A stretch of DNA of 64,000 nt from Myxococcota bacterium (lineage in GTDB: Bacteria; Myxococcota_A; UBA9160; UBA6930), in contig OZ245002.1 of NCBI GenBank assembly GCA_965223415.1, positions 4,160,001 to 4,224,000 on the forward strand, written 5' to 3'. The translations under genes were made by a program, and so were the position numbers. Under the pieces are notes generated by a model. It did no database searches. It was not told where the DNA came from and was given only the letters and a program-made list of their open reading frames with translations. This document shows positions 49,826-59,633 of the stretch, in pieces; the first letter of the stretch is position 1; every line of letters starts with the position of its first letter.

Positions 49826-50323
49826 TCAGCCGCTCGTGACCCCTTCTCGCGCGATCGCCGCGGCGAGCTTCAGGCCGTCGTAGCTGATCATCTTCACCGG
49901 CGCGAGCTCGAGCACCACCCGGCGCGGCGTGTCCAGCATGGCCGCGAGTCCCCGCCGCGCCCCTTCGTCCTCGGGATGGAGCGCCTTCGAGAAGGCGTCG
50001 AAGAACCACTCCAGGGTGGCGCGATCGTCGTGGATCGTGCAGGTCGTCTTGAGCGTGATCGTGCGATCGGGGCCGATCTCGGTTCCGTCCCCCGAGACGA
50101 TCACGCAGCTCTGCGGACGCTCGCGCAGGGCGGCGACGCGGTGGCGCTGGCCGCTGGTCGTCACCCAGATGCGTCCGCGCTCCCAGACATAGCGGTGGGT
50201 CACGCCGACCGGCCACCCGTCGCGCGTGGTCCAGCACACGGCGCAGATGCGCTGCAGCGCGAAGAGCTTCTCGCGGTCGGCCTCGTCGAGGGTGTAGGCG
50301 GAGACTTCTTCCAGGCTGGCCAT
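49826..50323 (-). CDS. Pyridoxamine-5'-phosphate-oxidase-like (split barrel) protein
   Basis: WTTRDGWPVGV, W.T...R.RV, RVVLEL.P.K.ISYDG.K. Confidence 0.6.
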   Translation of the reverse strand: MASLEEVSAYTLDEADREKLFALQRICAVCWTTRDGWPVGVTHRYVWERGRIWVTTSGQRHRVAALRERPQSCVIVSGDGTEIGPDRTITLKTTCTIHDDRATLEWFFDAFSKALHPEDEGARRGLAAMLDTPRRVVLELAPVKMISYDGLKLAAAIAREGVTSG

Positions 50324-50348
50324 CGGAGGGCGCTCCTTGTCGGGTCCG

Positions 50349-50780
50349 TCAGTCCGCGGGGCTTCGGGCCGGAGCCTCGGGCAGCGCGACCCAGGCGCGA
50401 GCGGTGACGCTTCGCACGCCGTCCTGGCGGTCGAGCCACACCTCGCACTCGGCGACGGTCTCTCCGGCCTCGGTAGAGAGCGCCACCACCCGGCCTCCGG
50501 CGCTGACCGAGTCGCCATCGAAGACCGGCTCCGGGAACTCGGTCCGTATGCGTCTCACGGAGGTCGGCCCGGCCCACTCCAGCAGCATGTTGATTACGTA
50601 CCCGAGGTTGATGGGGCTCTGGTTGAGCAGCCGGCCCTCGAAGCCCATGGCCCGGGTCGCCTCGCGATCCCAGTGGACCGGGAACGGGTCGCGGAAGATG
50701 GCCGCGACCGTCTTCATGCGCTCCGGCGTGACGCGCTCGAGGCGGAAAGGCGGAATGGCGTCTCCGACGGCGACCTTCAC
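50349..50780 (-). CDS. MaoC-like hotdog dehydratase
   Basis: RDPFPVHWD (D-x4-H), F..PVF.GD. Confidence 0.75.
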   Translation of the reverse strand: MKVAVGDAIPPFRLERVTPERMKTVAAIFRDPFPVHWDREATRAMGFEGRLLNQSPINLGYVINMLLEWAGPTSVRRIRTEFPEPVFDGDSVSAGGRVVALSTEAGETVAECEVWLDRQDGVRSVTARAWVALPEAPARSPAD

Positions 50781-51232
50781 GCGCCTTCTCCCGGGTCGAG
50801 GCGCCAGAAGCGCCAGCCGAACGCGACCTCGGCCACGGGCTCGCCGTCTTCGTCGCCGAGGGCGATCTCGTAGCGAAACGCATCGGAGACGGTCCCCTGC
50901 CGGCCCGTCCTTCGCTCGAAGCCCGTGATCCCGCCGGCCACGTGGTAGGACTCGTCCTCGCGCAGGGGCTGGTGGATCCGCCAGTCGTAGTAGTCGATGC
51001 TCACCGGAGCGCCGGGGGGCGACCCGGCGAGCCGGAACAGCTCGCTGATGCTGGTGCCCACGCCGTTGATCGCCACGTGGAAGAGATGGGCCGGGTGGGC
51101 GAGGCGGTCCGGCAAGGGCGCCGCGCCGGTGGCATCGCTGAGCAGGAAGTTCTCCCAGTGCTCGATGCGATAGGTGCCGCCGGGGAAGCGACGGCCCACC
51201 AGCGCCTGTAGCGCCGCCTCGGACGGCATCAT
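50777..51232 (-). CDS. Hotdog-fold protein, probable MaoC partner
   Basis: Translationally coupled to the MaoC-like gene; PL.....Y.V.G.I...ER..G pattern. Confidence 0.55.
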   Translation of the reverse strand: MMPSEAALQALVGRRFPGGTYRIEHWENFLLSDATGAAPLPDRLAHPAHLFHVAINGVGTSISELFRLAGSPPGAPVSIDYYDWRIHQPLREDESYHVAGGITGFERRTGRQGTVSDAFRYEIALGDEDGEPVAEVAFGWRFWRLDPGEGA

Positions 51233-53361
51233 CGGGTGCTCTCCTTCGGCACCGCGATCGCCCGGGCGCCCTCCGCGTCGAGTCCGACGTGGAGAGCGAT
51301 CGGCGACGACTCCCGGGTCCACCCGCCTCCCGTACGAACGGCGAGCATCCGGTGGTCGATGGCGATCTCGATCCGTTCCGACGCGCCGGCGGGCAGGCGC
51401 ACGCGCTGGAAGCCCACGAGCCTTCGGGGCGGGCGCTCGTAGGCGGACTGCGGAAGCGAGGCGTACACCTGGACGACGGTCGAGCCGGAGCGATCGCCGC
51501 GGTTCCGGACGGTGACCTGGACTGCGGCGGCGGACGAGCTCGCGTCCGCCAGCTCGAAGGAGGTGTAGCCGAGCCCGAAGCCGAACGGACGGTGGGCCCG
51601 GGTGCCCCGGGCATCGAGCCACCACTGGCCGTGCAGGAGGCCGTAGGTCTCCTGCTCGGCCTCTGCACGGAAGGGCACCAGGTCTTCTTCACGCCGCGGG
51701 ATGGCGAAGGGGAGGCGGCCCCCGGGCTCGGCGGCGCCGGTGAGGACAAGGCCCAGCGCGTGGCCTCCCTCCATGCCCGGGTACCAGAGCAGGACGGCCG
51801 CTGGAACCCGCTCGAGCCAGGGCATCACGACTGCGCTGCCGGCCATCACGGCCACCACCACTCGTTCATGCCGATCCGCGGCCGCCAGGATCAGCTCCTC
51901 GTCCTCGGGGCGGAGCCGCAGTGAGCGGCGATCGCCGCCGGCGGCGAAGCCCGGGCGCGTCCCACCCTCCTGTCTCGGTGCCTGGAAGTCCGGAGGGAAG
52001 CCGGCCACGGGATGATCCGTCGGCGGGAAGAGCCCCCGGAGCTTCGCGAACGCGTTCGGATCGATGTACTCCCCCTCGTCCTCGGCGGTGTAGCCGACGA
52101 CGACCACCACCGTGTCGGCTCCCTCGATCACCTCGAGGTCGTGCGCCGCGTGAACCACCTCCGCGTCGGAGAAGGCGGCCCGGAGGCCCGCAAGGGGCGT
52201 CGTCACGTCCGGCTGAAGCACGTTGCTGCTGCCGCCGTCGCCGAGATTCGGGATGTCCGCGAGCCTGCCCAGCACGGCCAGCCGGCGCGTCCTGGCGGCG
52301 ACCAGTGGGAGCATCCCGTTCTCGTTGCGGAGGAGGACCATGGACGCGCAGGCGGCCTCCCGCGCGAGGGCGCGATGCTCGGCGCAGGCGACGACCTCGG
52401 CGCCCGGCGCGTCCCGGAACACCCGGGCGAAGCGCAGCAACGTCGCCAGGGTTTCCGCGACGCGCTGGTCCACCGCGTTGATCGAGAGCTCGCCCCCGGC
52501 GACGGCCTCCGGAAGCGCGACCGCACGCTGCTGGCGGAACGGCATCTCGACGTTGCACCCCGCTTCCACGGATTTCACCGGATCGCGCAGCCCGAACGAG
52601 AAATCTGTGATGACGAAACCCTCGAAGCCCCACTCCTCCCGCAGGATCGACGTCAGCAGCGCCGCGTTCTCGCCGCACCACTCGCCGTTCAGCGAGTTGT
52701 AGGCGCTCATCACACTCGCGACGCCCGCCTCGCAGACGCGACGGAAGTGCGGCAGGTACACCTCGTGGAGGGTGCGCTCGTCCGCGCGGACGTCCACCTG
52801 GAACCTCGCGTTCTCCATCGAGTTCAGGGCGAAGTGCTTCATGCACGCCATCACGTGGCGCTGCAGCCCCTCGGTGAGGGCGGCCGCCATCTCGCCCACG
52901 TGGTGCGGATCCTCTCCGTAGGTTTCCTGGGCGCGGCCCCAGGCCGGGTGCCGGAGGAGGTTGAGACACACGGCGCCCGTGAAGGTCGCACCCTGGGCCC
53001 GCAGCTCGCGGCCGATCGCGTCACCGATGCGGCGCTCGAGGTCCGGATCGAAGCTCGCGCCGCGAGCCATCGGCACGGGGAACGCGGTGGAGGGGCCGAC
53101 GACGCAGCCGCGGGGACCGTCCGCGAACTGGAGGCCGGGGATGCCGAGCCGCGGCACCCGGGCCGCCGGCCACGGGTGGGCGTGGTAGCCGCCTTGCCCC
53201 ATGTCGACGGTCCCGGGCCAGAAGGGGACGTCCCCGTCGAGGCAACCGAGCTTCTCGTCCAGGGTCAGCTCGGCGACGAGCCCACGGGCCTCGGCCGCCG
53301 GATCCGCACCGGCAGCCACCCGGTCGACCGCCTCGTCGAATCGGGCCTCGTTCCGCGGCAA
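51229..53361 (-). CDS. Glycoside hydrolase family 3 (beta-glucosidase; TTG start inferred)
   Basis: DGPRG, WGRAQETYGEDP, KHFA, VMSAYN, GFVITDF, FGFGLGYT, Fn3-like C-terminus. Confidence 0.92.
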   Translation of the reverse strand: MPRNEARFDEAVDRVAAGADPAAEARGLVAELTLDEKLGCLDGDVPFWPGTVDMGQGGYHAHPWPAARVPRLGIPGLQFADGPRGCVVGPSTAFPVPMARGASFDPDLERRIGDAIGRELRAQGATFTGAVCLNLLRHPAWGRAQETYGEDPHHVGEMAAALTEGLQRHVMACMKHFALNSMENARFQVDVRADERTLHEVYLPHFRRVCEAGVASVMSAYNSLNGEWCGENAALLTSILREEWGFEGFVITDFSFGLRDPVKSVEAGCNVEMPFRQQRAVALPEAVAGGELSINAVDQRVAETLATLLRFARVFRDAPGAEVVACAEHRALAREAACASMVLLRNENGMLPLVAARTRRLAVLGRLADIPNLGDGGSSNVLQPDVTTPLAGLRAAFSDAEVVHAAHDLEVIEGADTVVVVVGYTAEDEGEYIDPNAFAKLRGLFPPTDHPVAGFPPDFQAPRQEGGTRPGFAAGGDRRSLRLRPEDEELILAAADRHERVVVAVMAGSAVVMPWLERVPAAVLLWYPGMEGGHALGLVLTGAAEPGGRLPFAIPRREEDLVPFRAEAEQETYGLLHGQWWLDARGTRAHRPFGFGLGYTSFELADASSSAAAVQVTVRNRGDRSGSTVVQVYASLPQSAYERPPRRLVGFQRVRLPAGASERIEIAIDHRMLAVRTGGGWTRESSPIALHVGLDAEGARAIAVPKESTR

Positions 53362-53363
53362 CC

Positions 53364-54341
53364 TCAGGCCGACTGGAGCCGCACGAGACGTTCGTTGATG
53401 ATGCTCTCCGCCTCGCTCATGATGCGATCGATCAGCTCCTTCACCGTCGGCACGTCGTGGATGAGGCCCGCGACCATGCCACAGGACCATGCGCCTGCCT
53501 CCACGTCGCCCTCCTGCATCACCTTCGGATAGATTCCAGCGACCTCCGGGATGATGTCCTCGAACTTCAGGTCTGCACCGAGCGCCTTCTCCTTCTCGAT
53601 CAGACGTTCGACGCCGGCGTTGGCTAGCACCCGCTCGGTGTTGCGCAGCCCGCGCATGATGAGGCGCGTATCGAGCTCCGAGGCGTCGACCAGGGCCTGC
53701 TTCACGTTCCAGTGGACGGGGGCCTCCTGGGTTGCGATGAAGCGTGTGCCCATGTTCATGCCCTCCGCGCCCATGGCCAGGGAGGCCACCAGGCTGCGGG
53801 CATCCGCCATGCCGCCAGAGGAGATGAAGGGGATCTCCAGCTCCTCGGCCGCGCGAGGCAGGAGGATGAAGTTCGGCACGTCGTCCTCGCCCGGATGGCC
53901 ACCGCACTCGAACCCGTCGACGGACACCGCATCGCAGCCGATCCGCTGCGCCTTCAGGGCGTGGCGGACGGAGGTGCACTTGTGAACGACCTTGATGTCG
54001 GCCTCCTTCAGCATCGGGAGCCACTCGACGGGGTTGTTCCCGGCGGTTTCCACCACCTTGACGCCGCTCTCGACGATGACCTTGAAGAGCCCGGGATAGT
54101 CCGGCGGCTTCAGCGAGGGAAGAAAGGTCATGTTCACGCCGAAGGGCTTGTCGGTCATTTCCCGGCAACGGGCGATCTCGGCCTCGAGCTTCTCGGGCGT
54201 GCCCTGGGTGAGCCCGGTGATGATGCCAAGGCCGCCGGCGTTCGAGACCGCGGCCGCCAGCTCCGCCAGGCCGACGAAGTGCATTCCGCCCTGGACGATC
54301 GGGTGCTCGATTCCCAGCATCTCGGTGATTCGCGTCTTCAT
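53364..54341 (-). CDS. Nitronate monooxygenase / FabK-like flavoprotein
   Basis: PIVQGGM, SNAGGLG, PFGVN, DGFECGGHPG, SGG, MGTRF. Confidence 0.9.
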   Translation of the reverse strand: MKTRITEMLGIEHPIVQGGMHFVGLAELAAAVSNAGGLGIITGLTQGTPEKLEAEIARCREMTDKPFGVNMTFLPSLKPPDYPGLFKVIVESGVKVVETAGNNPVEWLPMLKEADIKVVHKCTSVRHALKAQRIGCDAVSVDGFECGGHPGEDDVPNFILLPRAAEELEIPFISSGGMADARSLVASLAMGAEGMNMGTRFIATQEAPVHWNVKQALVDASELDTRLIMRGLRNTERVLANAGVERLIEKEKALGADLKFEDIIPEVAGIYPKVMQEGDVEAGAWSCGMVAGLIHDVPTVKELIDRIMSEAESIINERLVRLQSA

Positions 54342-54431
54342 CTCGGATCGGTCTCCTGGTGGTAGGTGCCGGCGGGCACCCCATTCTAGGGCAGGGCCCC
54401 TCGGAGGACAGCCTTCGCTCGATGGGCGACC

Positions 54432-55307
54432 ATGAGCCGACCCGAGGACACGAAAGGAAGATCCGTGACCGACTCGAACTCGTACACCCCGCCGAAGGTC
54501 TGGAAGTGGGATGCCGAGAGCGGCGGGCGCTTCGCCAAGATCAACCGTCCGATCGCGGGAGCGACCCACGAGAAGGAGCTCCCGGTCGGCGAGCACCCGA
54601 TTCAGCTCTACTCCCTCGCGACGCCGAACGGCGTGAAGGTGACGGTGCTCCTGGAGGAGCTGCTGGCGCTCGGCCGGGAGGGGGCCCAGTACGATGCCTA
54701 CCTCGTCAACATCGGCGAGGGAGATCAGTTCGGCAGCGGCTTCGTCGCGGCGAACCCCAACAGCAAGATTCCCGCCCTCGTCGACCACGGCACATCGCCT
54801 CCGACGCGCGTCTTCGAGTCCGGAGCGATCCTGGTCTACCTGGCCGAGAAGTTCGACGCCTTCCTGTCGAAGGAGCCGAGTTCGCGCGCCGAGTGTATGT
54901 CCTGGCTCTTCTGGCAGATGGGCGGCACGCCATTCCTGGGCGGCGGCTTCGGGCACTTCTATGCTTATGCCCCGGAGAAGTTCGAGTACCCCATCAACCG
55001 CTACGCCATGGAGGTGAAGCGCCAGCTCGACGTGCTCGACCGCAACCTGGCCGACAGGAAATACCTCGTCGGCGACGAGTACACGATCGCCGACATGGCC
55101 ACCTGGCCCTGGTACGGCGGTCTCGTGCTGCACAACCTGTACGACGCGGCGGTGTTCCTCGACGTCGCGTCCTACGCGAACGTGACGCGCTGGGCCACGG
55201 AGATCCAGGAGCGCCCGGCGGTGAAGCGCGGGCAGCGGGTCAACAAGGCCTGGGGGCCCGAGGAGGAGCGGGTGCCCGAACGCCACAAGGCCAGCGACCT
55301 GGGCTGA
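54432..55307 (+). CDS. yghU: Glutathione-dependent disulfide-bond oxidoreductase (Nu-class GST)
   Basis: YTPPKVW, NRPIAGATH, LYSLATPNG, NPNSKIPAL, ERH.ASD. Confidence 0.9.
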   Translation: MSRPEDTKGRSVTDSNSYTPPKVWKWDAESGGRFAKINRPIAGATHEKELPVGEHPIQLYSLATPNGVKVTVLLEELLALGREGAQYDAYLVNIGEGDQFGSGFVAANPNSKIPALVDHGTSPPTRVFESGAILVYLAEKFDAFLSKEPSSRAECMSWLFWQMGGTPFLGGGFGHFYAYAPEKFEYPINRYAMEVKRQLDVLDRNLADRKYLVGDEYTIADMATWPWYGGLVLHNLYDAAVFLDVASYANVTRWATEIQERPAVKRGQRVNKAWGPEEERVPERHKASDLG

Positions 55308-55321
55308 GGAAGCACCCAGCG

Positions 55322-56476
55322 ATGTCGGCCGACGCCCCCTACGTCCTCTACGGCTCCCATGCCTCCTACGCCACCGCGAAGTCGCGGAGCTACCTGCGAA
55401 AGAAGGGCATCCCCTTCGTCGAGCGGTTGCCGTCGGCGCCTCGCTTTCGCGAGTACGTGCGACCCACCAGCGAGAATCACCGAATCCCGCAGCTGGAAGC
55501 GCCGGACGGCACGGTGGTGCAGGACACCACCGCCATCTTCGACTACCTGGAAGCGCGCTTTCCCGAGCCCGCGGCCTACCCCGCCGGGCCCCGTCAGCAG
55601 CTCGTCGCGCGGCTGTTCGAGGTGCTGCTCGACGCGGAGCTGGGCCGCGTCGCCTGGCACTACCGCTGGAACTACATGGACGAGAACTACGCCTTCGTCG
55701 GTCGGGAGTTCGGGCGCTCGTTCCGGCCCCAGGGCAGCGACGAGGAGCTCGACCACTACGGCGCCGTGATCGCCGAGCGCATGGAGAGCAAGCGCGCGGG
55801 TCTCGGCGATAGCGGGGCGCTCCGGCCGGTCCTCGAGACCATCTACCTGGAGGTGCTCGAGCTCCTGGAGACGCACTTCACCCGGCTCCCGTACCTGTTC
55901 GGTGGGCTCCCCTCGATCGCGGATCACGTGCTGATGGGCTCGCTCTTCGGGCACTTGGCCCGCGACCCGGAGCCGTCACGGCTGATGAAGCTCCGCGCGC
56001 CGCGGGTCTTCCGTTGGACCGAGCACATGAACACGCCGGAGATCCAGTCCCCGGAGTTCGCGGACCACCCGATGGCGTACCTGCCCGATGACGAGCTTCC
56101 CGAGGCGACGGAGGCGCTCTTGCGGCTCTGCATCTCGGACTGCGCGACGGGCCTCGTGCGCTCCGCCGAGATCTTCGACGCCTGGGCCGAGGAGCGGGCT
56201 GATCGCCCGACCGGCGACGTCATCTCACCGGAAGGCCACGACGAAGCCGTGGTCGGCCGCTTCGACGACGAGCTGCGCGGTGTCGCCCTCCCGGCGGGAG
56301 CGGCGACCTACCCGCTGTGGGTGCTCCAGCGCGGGCTCGACTGGTACCGCGCCCAGGGCGAGGCCGATCGGGACGCGGGCCGCGAGCTGCTCGAGCGCTG
56401 CGGCGGGAAAGCGCTGCTGGAGATCGGGCCTCGCCGGCGCCTCACGCGGGTCGGCAGCTGGATGGCCCTGGCCTGA
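55322..56476 (+). CDS. GST-family protein
   Basis: SYATAKSRSYLRKK, RIPQL, QDTTAI, YLFGG.PS.AD, HLARDP. Confidence 0.78.
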   Translation: MSADAPYVLYGSHASYATAKSRSYLRKKGIPFVERLPSAPRFREYVRPTSENHRIPQLEAPDGTVVQDTTAIFDYLEARFPEPAAYPAGPRQQLVARLFEVLLDAELGRVAWHYRWNYMDENYAFVGREFGRSFRPQGSDEELDHYGAVIAERMESKRAGLGDSGALRPVLETIYLEVLELLETHFTRLPYLFGGLPSIADHVLMGSLFGHLARDPEPSRLMKLRAPRVFRWTEHMNTPEIQSPEFADHPMAYLPDDELPEATEALLRLCISDCATGLVRSAEIFDAWAEERADRPTGDVISPEGHDEAVVGRFDDELRGVALPAGAATYPLWVLQRGLDWYRAQGEADRDAGRELLERCGGKALLEIGPRRRLTRVGSWMALA

Positions 56477-56550
56477 GAGGCGCTTCGCGGGCCGCTCCCG
56501 AACCTGGGTGTTCGTGATAGCGTAGGGCTTCCCCTGCGACGGAGGCTCCG

Positions 56551-57753
56551 ATGCCGCTTCGCGTCCTGTGCGCTCTCCCCATGCTCCTGCTGCTCGCGGT
56601 TCCGGCGATGGCCCAGGAGGGGCTGCCTCCGGACGCGCCGGGGCCCTGGTCCGTGGGCTTCCGCAGCGAGGTCGCGATCGACGTCGATCGCGACGATCGC
56701 CCGCTTCCGCTCGCCGTCTGGTACCCGGTCGATCCGGGCGAGGAGAGCGGCGTGCCCGTCACCTACCCGCTGCTTCTCGCCCTCGGCATCCCCTCCGACC
56801 TTGCCAGCCAGGGTCCTCCCGTCAGCGACGACGGCCGCCGCCCCCTGATCGTCTTCTCCCACGGCTCCGGCGGAATCAACATCCAGTCGGTCCAGCTCTG
56901 CGAAGTCCTGGCGAGTCACGGCTTCGTCGTCGTCGCGCCGGCCCACACGGGCAACACGACCCAGGACGCCCAGGACGGCACGAGCGTGCCCTTCCTCCAA
57001 TCGGCGCTCGATCGTCCGCTGGACGTGAGCTTCGTCGCCGACCACTTCGTGAAGCGATCGGGCACGCCGGGCGATCCGTTCGAGGATCGCGTGCGGACGA
57101 GCGCCTTCGGCGTCGCCGGCCACTCCTTCGGCGGCTACACGGCCCTCGCGATGGCGTCCGGCTGGTCCGGCGGGGTGCTGCCGGATCCGCGCTTCCGGGC
57201 GATCATGGCCATCTCCCCCGCCAGCGGTGCGCTCTCCGACGACGAGCTGCGATCGATCTCGCGGCCCCTCCTGCTCCTCTCCGGCACCCTGGACACGACG
57301 ACGCCCATCGATCCCGACACCCTGCGCCCGTGGAACCTGGCGTCTCCGGCCCGCGTGTATCGGGCCGACATCGTCGGCGCGACCCACACCCACTTCGCCA
57401 ACATCTGCTCGATCGCGGACGCGCTGATCTCGGCCGGCATCGGGCCCAATGCGTGGCAGTACATCGGGGCCGGAGCGCTCCTGCAACCCTACCTCGATAC
57501 CTGTGTGCCGCCCGCGTTCCCCCTCGACGAGGCGCTCCGCATCCAGGATCTCTACGCGGTAGCCTTCTTCCGGCGCCATCTGCTCTGGCAGCAGACCTAC
57601 GACTCGTTCCTCACCGAGGCCTACGCCCTCGCCAACGAGCCGGACGTCCAGTACTTCCGGCGGGAGACCACTGGCTGCGGCCTCGGGTTCGAGCTCGTCT
57701 TGGTGCTGCTGCCGATCCGGGCGTGGCGCCGGAGCCGTCGCATCGGGCGCTAG
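56551..57753 (+). CDS. Secreted alpha/beta hydrolase with C-terminal CGLGFEL-TM-basic tail
   Basis: Signal peptide, VWYP, FSHG, GHSFGG nucleophile elbow, H..F. Confidence 0.82.
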   Translation: MPLRVLCALPMLLLLAVPAMAQEGLPPDAPGPWSVGFRSEVAIDVDRDDRPLPLAVWYPVDPGEESGVPVTYPLLLALGIPSDLASQGPPVSDDGRRPLIVFSHGSGGINIQSVQLCEVLASHGFVVVAPAHTGNTTQDAQDGTSVPFLQSALDRPLDVSFVADHFVKRSGTPGDPFEDRVRTSAFGVAGHSFGGYTALAMASGWSGGVLPDPRFRAIMAISPASGALSDDELRSISRPLLLLSGTLDTTTPIDPDTLRPWNLASPARVYRADIVGATHTHFANICSIADALISAGIGPNAWQYIGAGALLQPYLDTCVPPAFPLDEALRIQDLYAVAFFRRHLLWQQTYDSFLTEAYALANEPDVQYFRRETTGCGLGFELVLVLLPIRAWRRSRRIGR

Positions 57754-57799
57754 CCGCCCGCCGCGTCCTCCTGGCGAAAGCCGCGAAGGGGCACGGAGG

Positions 57800-58025
57800 T
57801 GCCCGCCCTTCACCACGCAATACTTGACGTAGAAGTCGCCGACCAGGGAAGAGGCACCGATCAGCGCCAGGAGTGCGAGCCCGCCGGCCGGAGGAGCACC
57901 GTCCCTCCGTAGAAGGCCGCCCGCCCGATTGGCCGCCGCGAGGTAGAGCAGCACCAGCACCGCCGTCGATGCCACGACCCAGAGCTTGATGGCCCCGACC
58001 GGCGCGAAGTCGAAGGTCGCGCCGC
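57800..58025 (-). pseudogene. Remnant resembling the C-terminus of an NrfD/PsrC-type membrane subunit
   Basis: Hydrophobic stretch ending GDFYVKYCVVKGG, with no plausible start. Confidence 0.35.
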
Positions 58026-58047
58026 TCGCTTGGGCCGGCGGGCGGCG

Positions 58048-58695
58048 TCACCTCGCGTCGTCCGGCGCCAAGCCCTCGCTCTTCGCCCAGGCCTCGAGCC
58101 CGTCGACCCGCTCCAGCTCCACGTGGAAGCCGAGCTCGAGCGCTTCGTGGGGACGGGCGATGAGCCCCCCGGCCACCGTGGGTACCTCGATTCCGAAGAC
58201 CTCGAAGGTCGTGGCGAGTACGCCGGCTGCGTAGTGGCGGCCGCCGAGCTCACTCAGCTCGACCGGGAGCTCGACAGGGAACTCCCGGGCGCCGAAGCTC
58301 AGGGTGCCGGCCAACGCGAAGCTGCCGCTCGAGATCCCGCCGCCCAGGACGGTCGGGTCGAGGGGGGCCGAGGTGAAGCGCAGCTCCGGCTGGTCCTCCG
58401 CTCCGAGCAGCTCGGCCACGACGCCGTCGCGGAAACCGCTCCTGGAGTCCAGGCTCGCGATCGGCAGCGTGACCGAGATCCGTGGGGGGCCACCTGCCGC
58501 GGGGACTTCGAGGGCCGCCGTCGCCTCGCAGCTCTTGCCGACGATCGGCGTGTCGACGAAGAACCACATGTCCTTCACCGTTCGATAGGCCACGCAGTGA
58601 TCGTTCGGCTCGAAGAGCTCGTCCTCGGCGCCAGCGTCGGCCGGAGCCCCGAGCAGGAGAAGGAGCGCACCGAGTGCGGTGACGAGGAACCCCAA
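58048..58695 (-). CDS. YceI-like periplasmic beta-barrel protein (start inferred)
   Basis: Signal peptide; SLDS....RD......L....P.L.F; L.GTL; F..FGI. Confidence 0.65.
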   Translation of the reverse strand: MGFLVTALGALLLLLGAPADAGAEDELFEPNDHCVAYRTVKDMWFFVDTPIVGKSCEATAALEVPAAGGPPRISVTLPIASLDSRSGFRDGVVAELLGAEDQPELRFTSAPLDPTVLGGGISSGSFALAGTLSFGAREFPVELPVELSELGGRHYAAGVLATTFEVFGIEVPTVAGGLIARPHEALELGFHVELERVDGLEAWAKSEGLAPDDAR

Positions 58696-58903
58696 TGCCG
58701 TCTCCCTTCGAGTGCGGACTACCAGCCCGATGCCCGCCCGTGCGGAGCAAGACGCATGCCCACGCGCGCCGGCCGTAGGCCACCAGAGCCCGCCGCCGTG
58801 GGGCTCCGTGACTCGGGGGTGGGGCGTTCGCGGACTCGCTCCGAGAGCGGCGGGAGCGCTTCCGCGCGAAAGGGCACACACTCCTCGGCAAAGGAGGACT
58901 CCG

Positions 58904-59617
58904 ATGTCCCAGCTCACGAGACGCAGCTTCCTGCTCGCTTCATCCGGTGCGGCCGTGGGGAACGTCGTCGCCTCCGGTCCCGCTCTCGCCACGGATCCAG
59001 GCCGCATCGACTTCTCCGCCAGCGGCCTGGTCACGGGCCGCCCGAAGCCGCTCCGTCGGAAGTCGGTTCCCGGATTCCTGAGCGCCGAGCAGATCGCGCC
59101 CCACCACGCGGCCCACTACGGCGGGGCCTTGAAGGGCTACATCGCCGCGGACGAGCGGATCGAGCATTCGAACCGCTCGGGCAAGCTGCCGGACGCGCCG
59201 ACCTTCGGGGCGCTCAAGCGGGCGATCGCCAGCAAGGCCAACAGCGTGGTCCTCCACGAGCTCTACTTCGACGGCATCGGTCCGAAGGGCGCGGATCCGG
59301 GAGGCGGATTGCAGGCGGCGATCACGGCGCGTTTCGGATCCATCGAAGGCTGGGCGGCGGACTTCGCGGCGTCCGCCAACGCGTCCGCCGGCTGGGCGAT
59401 GCTCGTCCGGCATCCCGCCAACGGAAAGCTCTACAACCTCGTCAGCGACGATCACGCCGCGGGCCCGCTGTGGATGGCGACCCCCCTGATCGTGGTCGAT
59501 ACCTACGAGCACGCCTTCTACATCGACTACCAGAACCGCAAGGCGGACTACGTGGAGCGGTTCCTGGATCACATCGACTGGAAGGAGGCGGACCAGCGCT
59601 TCCGGTCGACCGGGTGA
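58904..59617 (+). CDS. Fe/Mn superoxide dismutase family protein with Tat signal
   Basis: TRRSFL twin-arginine signal; HHAAHYGG, LHELYF, FGS...W, GWA, DTYEHAFYIDY. Confidence 0.82.
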   Translation: MSQLTRRSFLLASSGAAVGNVVASGPALATDPGRIDFSASGLVTGRPKPLRRKSVPGFLSAEQIAPHHAAHYGGALKGYIAADERIEHSNRSGKLPDAPTFGALKRAIASKANSVVLHELYFDGIGPKGADPGGGLQAAITARFGSIEGWAADFAASANASAGWAMLVRHPANGKLYNLVSDDHAAGPLWMATPLIVVDTYEHAFYIDYQNRKADYVERFLDHIDWKEADQRFRSTG

Positions 59618-59633
59618 GGTGGGGCGCCTGCCC

